A program made the translations under genes and the position numbers. The notes under the pieces were generated by a model that searched no databases, had not been told where the DNA came from, and saw only the letters and a program-made list of their open reading frames with translations. Shown here piece by piece: positions 1 through 9,875 of a DNA stretch of 64,000 nucleotides. Source of the DNA: Flavobacteriales bacterium (lineage in GTDB: Bacteria > Bacteroidota > Bacteroidia > Flavobacteriales_C > GCA-002722245); assembly GCA_049430665.1 (NCBI GenBank), contig JBMTCG010000005.1:2930-66929 (forward strand), read 5' to 3'. Position 1 is the first letter of the stretch. Each line of letters begins with the position of its first letter.

Positions 1-2127
1 TTGTTGATTACATAGTCGATTACACTTTGTCGGCCCTCATCATCGAAGTCAATATCAATATCGGGCATCGACACCCTTTCTGGATTTAAGAAACGCTCAA
101 AAAGTAAGTCGTATTTGATGGGGTCTACGTTGGTGATACCAGTGCAATAAGCCACCGCAGAACCAGCTGCAGAGCCCCTTCCCGGACCAACGGAAACTCC
201 CATTTCGCGAGCCTTAGAGATGAAGTCTTGTACAATTAAGAAATAACCAGGGTAACCCGATTTGGCGATTACGTCCAGCTCGAAATCCAAACGTTCGCGC
301 GTTGCATCGTCCATTTCTGGGTAGCGCTTTTCTGCCCCTTTGTAGGTTAAGTATCTTAAGAAAGCATTTTCACCACGCTTGCCGCCATCGGCTAAATCTT
401 CCTCACTTTTGTATTCATCTGGAATATCAAATTTAGGTAAAAGCACATTCGCGTTTAATGAGTATCCTTCTACCTTTTCAATGATTTCATTGGTGGTGAT
501 AATCGCTTCGGGTAAGTCTTTAAAAAGAGCTTTCATTTCCTCTGCCGACTTAAAATAGTATTCGTCGTTAGGGAAACCAAAGCGGTAGCCGCGACCTCTA
601 CCAATTGGTGTTGATTTTTTTTCGCCTTCTTTTACACACAGCAAAATATCGTGTGCATTGGCATCTTCTTTATTGAGGTAAAAAGTATCGTTGGCTGCAA
701 AATATTTTACGTTGTGAAGCTTACAAAACTTAAGCAAAGTTTCGTTCACACGATTTTCTTCTTCTAAGCCGTGGCGCAACAATTCCACATAGAAATCATC
801 ACCAAATTGTTCTTTCCACCACAAGAAAGCTTCTTCGGCCTGTCGCTCACCAACGTTCAAAATAAGGTCGCCAATTTCGCCACGCAATCCGCCCGAAAAA
901 GCGATTACATCATCTTTAAATTGAAGTAATATATTTTTGTCGATACGCGGTACATAGTAGAATCCGTCGATGTATGCCGCCGATGACAACTTAGCTAAAT
1001 TGTGGTATCCTTTTTTGTTTTTGGCAATCAATGGAATTTGATAACCATTGTCTTTGTTGCTTTTGCTCTTGTGATCTTTACACACAAAAAACTCGCAACC
1101 TAAAACACCTTTAAGCGGAATTTTAGTGAAAGGTTCGCCCGCTTCTTCGGCCTTCTTTTTCTCATCGGCAATACCTTTATTGTACTTGTTAATGGCACTC
1201 ACGAAATCGAAAGCCGCCATCATATTTCCCAAATCTGTAAGCGCCACGGCAGGCATATTTAGCTTTGCCGCTTTCTTTACCAAATCTTCAACTTCGGTGG
1301 TAGATTGAAGAATAGAATATTGAGAGTGATTGTGTAAATGTGCGAAAGGAACATCAATCAAAACAGATGAATCAACTTCCTGAGTTGGTTCTTCGGTTTT
1401 TTGCGTTTTGAGTTTTATTTGCTGACTAGCCTCTTTGAGATTGACATGCTTTAAGCCAATTACTGCAATTTCATGTGTATTGAGTTCACGAAATTTTTCG
1501 ATGTAATCGCTAGGTGCTTTTAAATCGCTAACTGAAAAATGTCCTAATCGAAGCAATTCTAAAAAGCAACGCGTAGTTGCTTCCACATCGGCAGTAGCGT
1601 TGTGCGCCTCATCAAATTTTTGTTTGAATAGAAACTCGTGTAATTCGGTAAGAGTAGGCAATTTAAATTTCCCACCACGTCCGCCGGGCAATCGACAAAG
1701 TTCAGCAGTATATTCTGTACAAGTATCTAATACAGGTAGGAGAGCGAGATTGGAGTCGACAGACTGACGGTGAAACTCACAACCCATTATGTTGAGGTCG
1801 AAACCAATGTTTTGTCCCACCACGAATTTCGCTTGAGATAAAACCCGATTAAAATCTTCCAACACAAAATTCAAATCCGCACCTTGTTCTTCGGCTAATT
1901 CTGTAGAAATACCATGCACACGTTCGGCATCGAAAGGAATATTGAAACCATTGGGTTTAACGAGATAATCTTTGTGCTCAATCAGTCTACCCATATCATC
2001 GTGCAACTGCCAAGCAATTTGAATACAGCGCGGCCAGTTATCGGTATCGGTAATAGGCGCATTCCAGTTGCGTGGTAAGCCGGTGGTTTCTGTATCGAAT
2101 ATTAAGTACATCTCTTTTCCTGTCATT
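1..2127 (-). CDS. dnaE: DNA polymerase III alpha subunit (DnaE), 5' part only; the gene continues past the window start. An N-terminal DnaQ/epsilon-like 3'-5' exonuclease domain is fused to the PHP domain.
   Basis: The reverse-strand translation is continuous from ATG at 2127 (or MYLIFDTETTG at about 2112) to position 1. Exo I motif FDTETTG, Exo II GQNIGFDLNIM and Exo III HNATAD are present. The PHP domain follows: FAHLHNHSQYSILQSTT...ALTDLGNM...GIADE...LGCEFFV, then PDIDIDFDDEGRQSVIDYV. This matches E. coli DnaE (FVHLRVHSDYS...PDFDVDFCMDRRDEVI). It is missing from the ORF track because no stop lies inside the window. Confidence 0.85.
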
Positions 2128-2238
2128 GCGAGGTACTCTGAAGCAAACTACTTCATTTCACTCTTAATTTGAAGCTTTAAAAATAAGGAAGAAAGGGGGA
2201 AGAGAAAAGGGATGTTGAAAAGTAGTGGGAAGATATGG

Positions 2239-2637
2239 TCAACTATTCAGTAGCTTATATCCTCTGAATAAAACGTAAAACCGAATAATTAGAATAACGA
2301 TTGGTATTACAATCCATATAGAAATTGATTTTTCAAAAAACAGAAGGAACAATTCTAAAAAAACATTCAATATTAAGGTAAACATTAACCCATCAAAACC
2401 TCCAATTCTACTTGAACTAGAGTCGTGCAATTTGTTTTTCGACAATAAAACAAAAAGAAAAAGAGGAATTTCAAAGCAAAAATAAATATCATTCGTAAAA
2501 TCTGCTATTATGTAACGCAATCCAATTTGCAAACCACTTGCAAGCAATGTTAACCACAGAATTTTTTTGAGAAAAATTATTTCTTTTATATGAATCTCAC
2601 TTGGCTGGTCAAAAGCTTTAATTTTTAAATCTTGCAT
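2239..2637 (-). CDS. small multi-pass membrane protein, function unknown
   Basis: 132-aa ORF with three to four hydrophobic stretches (ILWLTLLASGLQIGL, IPLFLFVLL, IWIVIPIVILII). No motif I recognise. Confidence 0.45.
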   Translation of the reverse strand: MQDLKIKAFDQPSEIHIKEIIFLKKILWLTLLASGLQIGLRYIIADFTNDIYFCFEIPLFLFVLLSKNKLHDSSSSRIGGFDGLMFTLILNVFLELFLLFFEKSISIWIVIPIVILIIRFYVLFRGYKLLNS

Positions 2638-2742
2638 CCTATTTTAGAATTCTTTAAAATATACGAATTTCCTAATCCTAAAAATCCTAATTCAAACGAA
2701 CATAACTTGAGACGCAAAATTTTGCGTCTCTACAAGAAAAAA

Positions 2743-3267
2743 TCATTTCCTATACCCAATCATCACCCTTTCTTCCTTCGGTTTTTCAATCAATTTCTTC
2801 AACACATCAAAAATATATTTAATCTCTGCGCTGTGTTTTGAAGAGGTGTTTTGAAGTTTTTCGAGTTGTAGGAGAATTTCTTTGTGAGCTATTAAAGCTT
2901 CTCTCATTTTTACAAAAACCTCTATGATTTTAATACTCATTTGCACGGCTTGTTTGCTTTTTAGAACATTGGCCAACATAAGAATTCCATGTTCTGTGAA
3001 GGCATATGGAAGATATTTAATATTATCACCGCGCTTCAAGGTCGCAATTTGCGACCTTGAAGATTCGGCCTCTTCTTCAGTTAATTCAAACATGAAACTC
3101 TCTGGAAATCTTTCTATGTTTCTTCGCACTTGTTCTTTTAGTCTTTTCGTTTCTACGCCATAAAGCTCTGCTAAATATCTGTCGAGCATTACTCTTTGGT
3201 TGCGAATGAAATGAATTTTATCAGAGATGATAGGTTCTTTAGGTGTTGAGTTGATTTGCTTAGTCAT
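2743..3267 (-). CDS. ORF6N-domain (KilA-N/antirepressor-like) DNA-binding protein
   Basis: The N-terminus HFIRNQRVMLDRYLAELYGVETKRLKEQVRRNIERFPESFMFELTEEE matches the ORF6N family that is common in Bacteroidetes. The C-terminal half is a coiled coil. Confidence 0.7.
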   Translation of the reverse strand: MTKQINSTPKEPIISDKIHFIRNQRVMLDRYLAELYGVETKRLKEQVRRNIERFPESFMFELTEEEAESSRSQIATLKRGDNIKYLPYAFTEHGILMLANVLKSKQAVQMSIKIIEVFVKMREALIAHKEILLQLEKLQNTSSKHSAEIKYIFDVLKKLIEKPKEERVMIGYRK

Positions 3268-3402
3268 GTTATAATAATTTAGTTAGGTGACCAAAACTAA
3301 AAAAATCGCACCTAGACTTATTGCTTAGTTTTTAACAAGAGTGAGCTGTGGTACTAAAATTTCTTTGATACTTAATCTGATTCAATGAAATGAATATAAT
3401 TG

Positions 3403-4866
3403 CTATCGTCGAATGGCGATGGAATAAGGGTCTACCGACAATTCCCTTTTACTTCTAGCAATCAACTTTAAAGTTTTCATGTCGATGAATTGGTAATAGC
3501 CATTTCGTCCGCCACAATAAGAACTGTGGTGAGGTGCCGGACCATCACTAGCAATGTTTCTGTTAACGATGTACAAAATATCTTGCTCGTCATTTGCTTG
3601 TAAACCGTGTGGTTGGTGTCCGCTTTTAATCGTTGCAATTTTTGTGTTGTTGGCATAATCTATAGCAGTGATCGATCCTTTTATTCCTTCATTTATATAA
3701 GTATCGTCTTCCATACAAGAAACAAAGAGCAATTGGTGTTTTTTAGAAAAAGAAAATTCTACAGGATATTTACCTGTATTTATTACTGAGATCAAGCTGT
3801 CTTTTTGAGTGTTCATTACACGCACTTCGTTGCTGGTTTGACAAGACAAAAAATATTTTGATTTGTCGGGAGAAAAAACAATTTCGTGAATGTCTAAAGA
3901 TGAATTTTTATTGAGTGCAGCGTTTTTTTCTGCTACTACAGTATGAAAATCTACATTATCTAAATCTTCAATATTGGCGCGGTAAATATAGTTTCCTTTG
4001 TTGGCTGAGACATACATCACCGTATCGTTGAGAAGTGCAATGCCATGAGGCCATTCTAAAGCACCATTGCCAATTATCTTTTTTAAAGTTTTGTTTTCCA
4101 AATTGATGCAGGCTACTCGTCCCGATGAATTCCAATCTACGGTGTATACCATTTTTGAGTCGCTAGAAAACGCAATGGTATTCCAAGAGCCGGCAGTAAG
4201 CGGAATCGTTGCTACTAATTGATCATCTTTAGTAGAGAAAATTTGAAACACGTCGCCCGATGCAAAACAAACACACCAATATTTTTCATCGGGTGATATT
4301 TTTACCATGTGTGGTGCTTCTGTGTTGGCGTTATTGCCTACCGATATGTAGCGCATTATAAGGTTTGATTCAACATCAATAACAGCTACGTTATCACAGC
4401 CCTGATTCACTATGTAAGCTTTGTTGCGCGATGCATTATCAGAGAATTTAACAAAGCCTTGATTGTTGGGTGCACCTTGGTCTATCCAATTCATTAACAT
4501 TTTTACATCGCTTTCGCTCAAAGGATGCTGGTATAAAGGCATGGTGGGTTTTACAGAAACACCCAAAGAAGGGTAGGTATTGCTAAACAAAAAAGTGCTA
4601 CTTAGTGCAGAAAAATAAGGAATAGTCACGGCTCCGCTGTTTCCACCTTGCATCATTTCGTCCCAAGTAGAAAGTGATAAACCTGCTGCCGCATCTTTAC
4701 TTTTGCTAGTGTGGCAACCTTGTGTAGCGCATGAGCTTACAATTAATTTAGAAATATTAGCTGGATACCCCGATGCTTTGGTATCAATAGCGGGTTCGTC
4801 TCTTTTGCAAGATAAAGTAAAAAGCAGTAAGCCAAAAGCCCAAAAGGAATAAATAGTACCTCGCAT
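3403..4866 (-). CDS. YVTN-family beta-propeller repeat lipoprotein with an N-terminal Cys-rich (heme-like C-x4-CH) segment
   Basis: Signal peptide plus lipobox (LFTLSC). SSCATQGCH near the N-terminus. Repeated ~40-aa units (NQGCDNVAVIDVESNLIMRYISVGNNANTEAPHMV..., SGRVACINLENKTLKKI...) typical of YVTN/NHL-like propellers. Confidence 0.65.
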   Translation of the reverse strand: MRGTIYSFWAFGLLLFTLSCKRDEPAIDTKASGYPANISKLIVSSCATQGCHTSKSKDAAAGLSLSTWDEMMQGGNSGAVTIPYFSALSSTFLFSNTYPSLGVSVKPTMPLYQHPLSESDVKMLMNWIDQGAPNNQGFVKFSDNASRNKAYIVNQGCDNVAVIDVESNLIMRYISVGNNANTEAPHMVKISPDEKYWCVCFASGDVFQIFSTKDDQLVATIPLTAGSWNTIAFSSDSKMVYTVDWNSSGRVACINLENKTLKKIIGNGALEWPHGIALLNDTVMYVSANKGNYIYRANIEDLDNVDFHTVVAEKNAALNKNSSLDIHEIVFSPDKSKYFLSCQTSNEVRVMNTQKDSLISVINTGKYPVEFSFSKKHQLLFVSCMEDDTYINEGIKGSITAIDYANNTKIATIKSGHQPHGLQANDEQDILYIVNRNIASDGPAPHHSSYCGGRNGYYQFIDMKTLKLIARSKRELSVDPYSIAIRR

Positions 4867-4889
4867 GTACTAAAGATAATGATGAAGCA

Positions 4890-5438
4890 TTAAACCTTCA
4901 AAATTTTCTCTGCTTCTTCGGCTTTTGCAAAAAGAATTTCGTTCTCAATAGTGTGATGAATGTTAATGTCGTCTTCAAACTCTTTTAATTTAAAATAAAG
5001 CATTTTGTGAGAAGGATCGGCATCGGCTGGAGGCGTATAATTGTTGCTTAGTTTTTTCACTTTCTCAATCACAATATGTTCGTCGTCGTGTTCTTCTTCC
5101 ATTACCTGCACTGGTTTTTGCAAAGAACCGAAGAATGCGGGTTCAAAGGCTTTCGGATTGTTGAGGTAAGAACCCAATTTCTCGAAATAGGGAAAAAGAA
5201 TTTCTTCTTCTTTCACCAAATGGCGTGATAAATCATCTGTAAAATCAACGAAAATATCATGAATCTCTTTCAATTCGGGGTATTTGTTTGGGTATTTAGC
5301 AACTAGCTTTTCTAGCAATCGAACGATTACCGGAAAATTAGCTTTTAAATATGCGTGGTGGGTGCTTTTAACGTGGTCGACGATGTCTTCCAAGTCCCAC
5401 TCTTTCATTGAATTGATGTATTCTGAGTTCATTGCCAT
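4890..5438 (-). CDS. hemerythrin-like di-iron protein, RIC/YtfE/ScdA-like (repair of iron centres)
   Basis: Hemerythrin HHE-type ligand pattern: DIVDHVKSTHHAYL, KEEEILFPYFEKL, MEEEHDDEHIVIEKV, NIHHTIENEILF. It lies 23 bp upstream of the YVTN lipoprotein on the same strand. Confidence 0.65.
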   Translation of the reverse strand: MAMNSEYINSMKEWDLEDIVDHVKSTHHAYLKANFPVIVRLLEKLVAKYPNKYPELKEIHDIFVDFTDDLSRHLVKEEEILFPYFEKLGSYLNNPKAFEPAFFGSLQKPVQVMEEEHDDEHIVIEKVKKLSNNYTPPADADPSHKMLYFKLKEFEDDINIHHTIENEILFAKAEEAEKILKV

Positions 5439-5523
5439 GCAGTAAATTTAAGAAATACATTTAGAGATACAAGAGGGGAGTGATAAAGTTTTTACACTCT
5501 CTAGTCTCACTCTCAAATCTTCT

Positions 5524-6081
5524 TCAATTCAGGCTTGGTGTCTCATAAAAATTACTCAACACAGAGAAAGGTGATTTGTTATCGCGTAATATTTTGCCCC
5601 AAACTCTTTTTGGGGTTTTGGTGAAAATATATTCTGACTTAGCAGGGTAAATGAACCAGGCATTTTTCTTTAATTCTTCTCGAAATTGGGTTGGTCCCCA
5701 ACCTGCGTAACCTATGTAAAATCTAATGTTGTCGTTGGTCAATTCATTGTTTTTAGCCAATTCTTGAATCATGCTAAAATCTCCACCCCAATAAATTCCT
5801 TTTTTGATTTTGATGCTGTTGGGCACTTTTTCGCCAAAGGTGTGCACATAAAAAACTACGTCTTGGTCAACCGGTCCGCCATAAAAAACCTTCAAATTGC
5901 TTTTCGGAAAATCTTTAATAGCATCAGAAACCCTAATCTCCGATGGCATATTCACCACAAAGCCCATTGTTCCTTGCTTGCTGTGTTCGGTTAACAAAAC
6001 CACAGCGCGCTTAAAATAAGGATCGTGCAGAAAGGGTTCTGCCAAGATTAGTTTTCCTTGTTCTATTTTAGGTAAGGCCAT
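5524..6081 (-). CDS. YqgE/AlgH family protein (UPF0301)
   Basis: The track ORF is 5524..6129. The family-typical N-terminus MALPKIEQGKLILAEPFLHDPYFKRAVVLL starts at the internal Met, so start taken as 6081. Conserved GWGPTQFREEL region present. Confidence 0.8.
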   Translation of the reverse strand: MALPKIEQGKLILAEPFLHDPYFKRAVVLLTEHSKQGTMGFVVNMPSEIRVSDAIKDFPKSNLKVFYGGPVDQDVVFYVHTFGEKVPNSIKIKKGIYWGGDFSMIQELAKNNELTNDNIRFYIGYAGWGPTQFREELKKNAWFIYPAKSEYIFTKTPKRVWGKILRDNKSPFSVLSNFYETPSLN

Positions 6082-6166
6082 TGCGCGAAAATAAGAAGAT
6101 AAAGAATTCTTTTGCCTATTTATTTTCACACAATTATTACATATTTTTAAACGATAAACTCATTTT

Positions 6167-6370
6167 ATGAAAAAAGTACTGTTGTTGTTAGCCTTTTCTT
6201 TGCCTTTATTAACTGTAACATCTTGCGGTCCAACCGAAGAAGAAGTGAAAGAAGCAGAAAAGAAAATGGAACCAGAGAAAATAGAAGACAAGGCTGAATT
6301 AAACGATTTAGAGAAAGAATTAGAAGGTGCCTTTGAAGAAGGTGCTGATAGTGTTGTAGCTCCAAAATAA
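6167..6370 (+). CDS. small acidic lipoprotein
   Basis: MKKVLLLLAFSLPLLTVTSC lipoprotein signal followed by a highly charged E/K-rich tail. It ends 5 bp before the E1 gene. Confidence 0.4.
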   Translation: MKKVLLLLAFSLPLLTVTSCGPTEEEVKEAEKKMEPEKIEDKAELNDLEKELEGAFEEGADSVVAPK

Positions 6371-6374
6371 TGCT

Positions 6375-8342
6375 ATGAACTTGTTGCAACTACCTAAAGA
6401 AACTTTGCTCGATTTGTACGAGCGTTTGCTTACTCCTCGCTTGTTTGAAGAGAAGATGTTGGTGTTGTTGCGACAAGGTAAAATATCGAAATGGTTTTCG
6501 GGTATCGGACAAGAAGCTATTTCTGTAGGCGTTACCGCCGCATTGCAAAGCGACGAATATATTTTTCCTATGCACCGCAATCTAGGGGTGTTTACTGGTA
6601 GAAAAATTCCATTGAATAGATTGTTTGCTCAGTTTCAAGGTAAAGCATCTGGCTTTTCTAAAGGAAGAGAGCGTTCATTTCATTTTGGTACCAACGAATA
6701 TCATATCGTGGGTATGATTTCGCATTTGGGTCCGCAATTGTCGCTGGCAGATGGAGTTGCCCTAGCCAATAAATTACAAAAAGAAAGAAAAGTAACCGTA
6801 GCTTTTACAGGTGATGGAGGAAGCAGTGAAGGCGAATTTCATGAAGCTTTAAATGTAGCTGCGGTTTGGCAATTGCCCGTAATTTTCGTTGTGGAAAGTA
6901 ATGGTTATGCGCTTTCTACACCATCTAAAGAACAGTTTTTAAATGCCAGCTTTGTGGAAAAAGCAAATGCTTATGGTATTGAAGCAGTGAGTGTAGATGG
7001 CAATAATGTGGCAGCAGTGTATCAAACAATGTTGCAATTGAGCGAAAGAGCGCGTAAAAATCCACAGCCATTTTTGGTAGAATGTAGAACGTTTAGAATG
7101 CGCGGACACGAAGAAGCATCGGGAACCAAATACATTCCACAACATTTGTTTGAAGAATGGGCAAAAAAAGACCCAATAATTACTTTCGAAAATGAATTAT
7201 TGAAACAAGGAATCATTAGCGAAAAAGACAAAGAGACGATTCACGATAGAATTAAAAAAGAAATTAGTGATGCTGTAAATGAGGTGTTGGATGAAGAAGA
7301 AATTATTCCAAATATTCATGAAGAATTAGAAGATGTTTATGCCCCTCATACCGCCGAAATTCATGAGCCAAAAGGCAATTCTAAAAACATTCGATTTATT
7401 GATGCCATTAGCGAAGCCTTAAAACAAAGTTTGCACAAGTATGATAATTTGGTGTTGATGGGACAAGACATTGCTGAATATGGCGGCGCATTTAAAGTAA
7501 CAGAAGGTTTTGTTGAAGAATTTGGTAGAGATAAAATTAGAAATACGCCTTTGTGCGAATCGGCCATTTTAGGTGCTGGAATGGGCTTGAGTATCAAAGG
7601 ATGGAAATCGGTAATTGAAATGCAATTTGCCGATTTTGTTACTTGTGGTTTTACTCAAATTGTAAATAATTTGGCCAAGAGTCATTACCGATGGGCACAA
7701 AATGCCGATGTGGTGGTGCGCATGCCTACGGGGGCTGGCGTGGGTGCCGGACCATTTCACAGTCAGAGCAACGAAGCATGGTTTTTTCATGTGCCCGGAT
7801 TAAAAATTGTGTATCCCGCTTTTCCATACGATGCTAAAGGCTTGTTGAATGCGGCTATTGAAGACCCTAATCCGGTTTTGTATTTCGAACACAAAGTGCT
7901 CTACCGCAGCTTGCAGCAAGAAGTACCCGTAGATTATTTTACACTTCCTATTGGTAAAGCCAAAGTATTGCGCGAAGGAAATAAGGCCACTATCATCACT
8001 TATGGTATGGGCGTGCATTGGGCACTTAAAGCAGTTGAAGATTTATCTGTAGACGTAGAAATTATAGATTTAAGAACTTTACTTCCATTAGATACAGAAA
8101 CGATTTATGCTTCTGCGAAGAAAACGGGTAAAGCATTGATTTTACACGAAGACACTTTAACAGGTGGAATTGGAGCGGAGATTAGCGCATTGATATCCGA
8201 ACATTGTTTTCAGTATTTAGATGCTCCAGTAGTTCGCGCTGCCAGCTTAGATACCGCAGTTCCTTTTCAAATTGATTTAGAAAAACAATTTTTGGCGAAT
8301 AGAGAGTTAGAAGGGAAGTTGAAAGATTTGTTGGGGTATTGA
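6375..8342 (+). CDS. 2-oxoacid (pyruvate or branched-chain) dehydrogenase E1 component, fused alpha+beta subunits, TPP-dependent
   Basis: Alpha part has the TPP motif GDGGSSEGEFHEALNVAAVWQLPVIFVVESNGYA. Beta part has MGQDIAEYGGAFKVTEGFVEEFG...EMQFADF and the C-terminal transketolase-C-like region. 655 aa fits the fused E1 seen in Bacteroidetes. Confidence 0.9.
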   Translation: MNLLQLPKETLLDLYERLLTPRLFEEKMLVLLRQGKISKWFSGIGQEAISVGVTAALQSDEYIFPMHRNLGVFTGRKIPLNRLFAQFQGKASGFSKGRERSFHFGTNEYHIVGMISHLGPQLSLADGVALANKLQKERKVTVAFTGDGGSSEGEFHEALNVAAVWQLPVIFVVESNGYALSTPSKEQFLNASFVEKANAYGIEAVSVDGNNVAAVYQTMLQLSERARKNPQPFLVECRTFRMRGHEEASGTKYIPQHLFEEWAKKDPIITFENELLKQGIISEKDKETIHDRIKKEISDAVNEVLDEEEIIPNIHEELEDVYAPHTAEIHEPKGNSKNIRFIDAISEALKQSLHKYDNLVLMGQDIAEYGGAFKVTEGFVEEFGRDKIRNTPLCESAILGAGMGLSIKGWKSVIEMQFADFVTCGFTQIVNNLAKSHYRWAQNADVVVRMPTGAGVGAGPFHSQSNEAWFFHVPGLKIVYPAFPYDAKGLLNAAIEDPNPVLYFEHKVLYRSLQQEVPVDYFTLPIGKAKVLREGNKATIITYGMGVHWALKAVEDLSVDVEIIDLRTLLPLDTETIYASAKKTGKALILHEDTLTGGIGAEISALISEHCFQYLDAPVVRAASLDTAVPFQIDLEKQFLANRELEGKLKDLLGY

Positions 8343-8390
8343 ATTCAATTGCCGATTGTTATAACCAAACGGCAATTGAATTTTTATTTA
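8342..8390. terminator. bidirectional rho-independent terminator between convergent genes
   Basis: 13-bp perfect stem aattcaattgccg / cggcaattgaatt with a 15-nt loop. T-run follows on the + strand and A-run precedes it. Lies between E1 (+) and gatB/yqeY (-). Confidence 0.6.
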
Positions 8391-8831
8391 CTTACTTAAT
8401 AATTCCTTTACCAAGCCCGAAATCACTTTACCATCGGCCTTACCAGCCATTGCCTTATTTGCAGCACCCATCACTTTACCCATGTCGGCAGGAGAAGATG
8501 CTCCCAATTGAGCAATAATTTTTTCAACTTCTGACTTTATTTCGTCGCTAGTCAATTGTTTAGGCAAATAAGCTTCAATCACAGATGCTTGAAAAGTTTC
8601 ATCGGCAGCTAAGTCTTCGCGATTTTGAGAGATATATAGTTCAGCTGTTTCTTTTCTTTGTTTCACCATTTTCAACAAAGCTTTGGTTTCGCTTTCTGTG
8701 GTGTGGCCTTCGGCAGATGTTTTAAGCAAAAGAATGGCCGATTTTACAGCGCGCAATGCTTCTAATTTCTTTGCTTCTTTAGCCAACATGGCAGCTTTGA
8801 TATCTGCGTTTATTTTTTCTTCTAAGTTCAT
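8388..8831 (-). CDS. GatB/YqeY domain protein
   Basis: MNLEEKINADIKAAMLAKEAKKLEALRAVKSAILL... and overall 147-aa layout are typical of the YqeY family. Confidence 0.85.
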   Translation of the reverse strand: MNLEEKINADIKAAMLAKEAKKLEALRAVKSAILLLKTSAEGHTTESETKALLKMVKQRKETAELYISQNREDLAADETFQASVIEAYLPKQLTSDEIKSEVEKIIAQLGASSPADMGKVMGAANKAMAGKADGKVISGLVKELLSK

Positions 8832-8865
8832 GAGTATAAATTTTATGAAGCCAAATGTAGCTATT

Positions 8866-9768
8866 TCAATCTAAATTTAGCTGGTATATCCCCGCCACTT
8901 TTTCTCCCGATGTTTCACACGAGAAATACGCTTTGTTTTTACCTACAAAAGTGATGGCTTCTACTTGCCAAGCTTTTTCATTTCCTATGTAGTAATATTC
9001 TTGATTGCCATGCAAGAAATTATCGTTTTCGAAGTTTTTAAATCGCCAAACAAAAGGATGTGTGCGCATGCCAGAATAGCCAATGATGAGGACTGTGTTT
9101 TGCGTGCTATCATAACAAGCTCCTGTTATTTTTCCATCGGCATGAAAGCGATGAATAGGCAGTGTTTCGTGGTACCCAGGTGTTTTGGGTATTTTGTACA
9201 CCATGCATTTTTTTCCGCCTCTGTTCATCGAGAAAAGGTAGATGTAGTTGTTCAAAGAAATCATGGCTTCGCCATCGTAGGCGGTGTGCTCATCGTACCT
9301 GTAGTTTTGCTGCATTTTGTAGCTGAAATTGATGACTTCAGCATTTAAATGGACTTCTTTTTTTGGGGTGATATCTTTCTTGTTAATTTTTAAAATTCTA
9401 AGATTTTTGCGGTTGCCGTAGTTGTTGCCAAAATCGCCAATATAAATGTAGTTTTCATCGGCAGTAATTTCTTCCCAATCGATGTTAGGGTAGTTGTCGA
9501 TAAAAACCTTTTGCTTGATATTGCCATTTAAAGTGTCAATTTGATACAGGCAAGCCAAACCTCCGTTGTCGTTGATAGTCCACAGCTTTTGGTTGTCGAA
9601 AAGCAAGCCCGATGATTCAAATAGTTCTGCCGGAAGTGCAGAGATGTGTTTTGGCGTAAGCGAGCTGTAGATTCTTTTTCTTGCGCTTTTTTTGTGATTT
9701 GTTTCCGAGCAGAAATACAGGGCGCATACCATTAGTATCCATAAAGTAAATCTTATTTTATTCGCCAT
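8866..9768 (-). CDS. secreted beta-propeller-like hypothetical protein (SdiA-regulated/YjiK-like?)
   Basis: Signal peptide. ELFESSGLLFD...WTINDNGG and IYIGDFGNNYGNR resemble the SdiA-regulated/phytase-like propeller. Weak assignment. Confidence 0.4.
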   Translation of the reverse strand: MANKIRFTLWILMVCALYFCSETNHKKSARKRIYSSLTPKHISALPAELFESSGLLFDNQKLWTINDNGGLACLYQIDTLNGNIKQKVFIDNYPNIDWEEITADENYIYIGDFGNNYGNRKNLRILKINKKDITPKKEVHLNAEVINFSYKMQQNYRYDEHTAYDGEAMISLNNYIYLFSMNRGGKKCMVYKIPKTPGYHETLPIHRFHADGKITGACYDSTQNTVLIIGYSGMRTHPFVWRFKNFENDNFLHGNQEYYYIGNEKAWQVEAITFVGKNKAYFSCETSGEKVAGIYQLNLD

Positions 9769-9875
9769 TTTTACCGCTCAATTTGCAGTGAAAATAGTTT
9801 AAAAAGTAGGTGCTAAATCGCTTCTAATTAATCTTAGTATTTAGGTAACATGAAGTTTACAAAAAAGAAACATGA

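Noticed and set aside
3403-3560. Cytochrome c heme-binding site in the YVTN lipoprotein
   Set aside because: The motif is C-x4-CH, not CxxCH, so a c-type heme cannot be asserted. Kept only as a note inside a finding.
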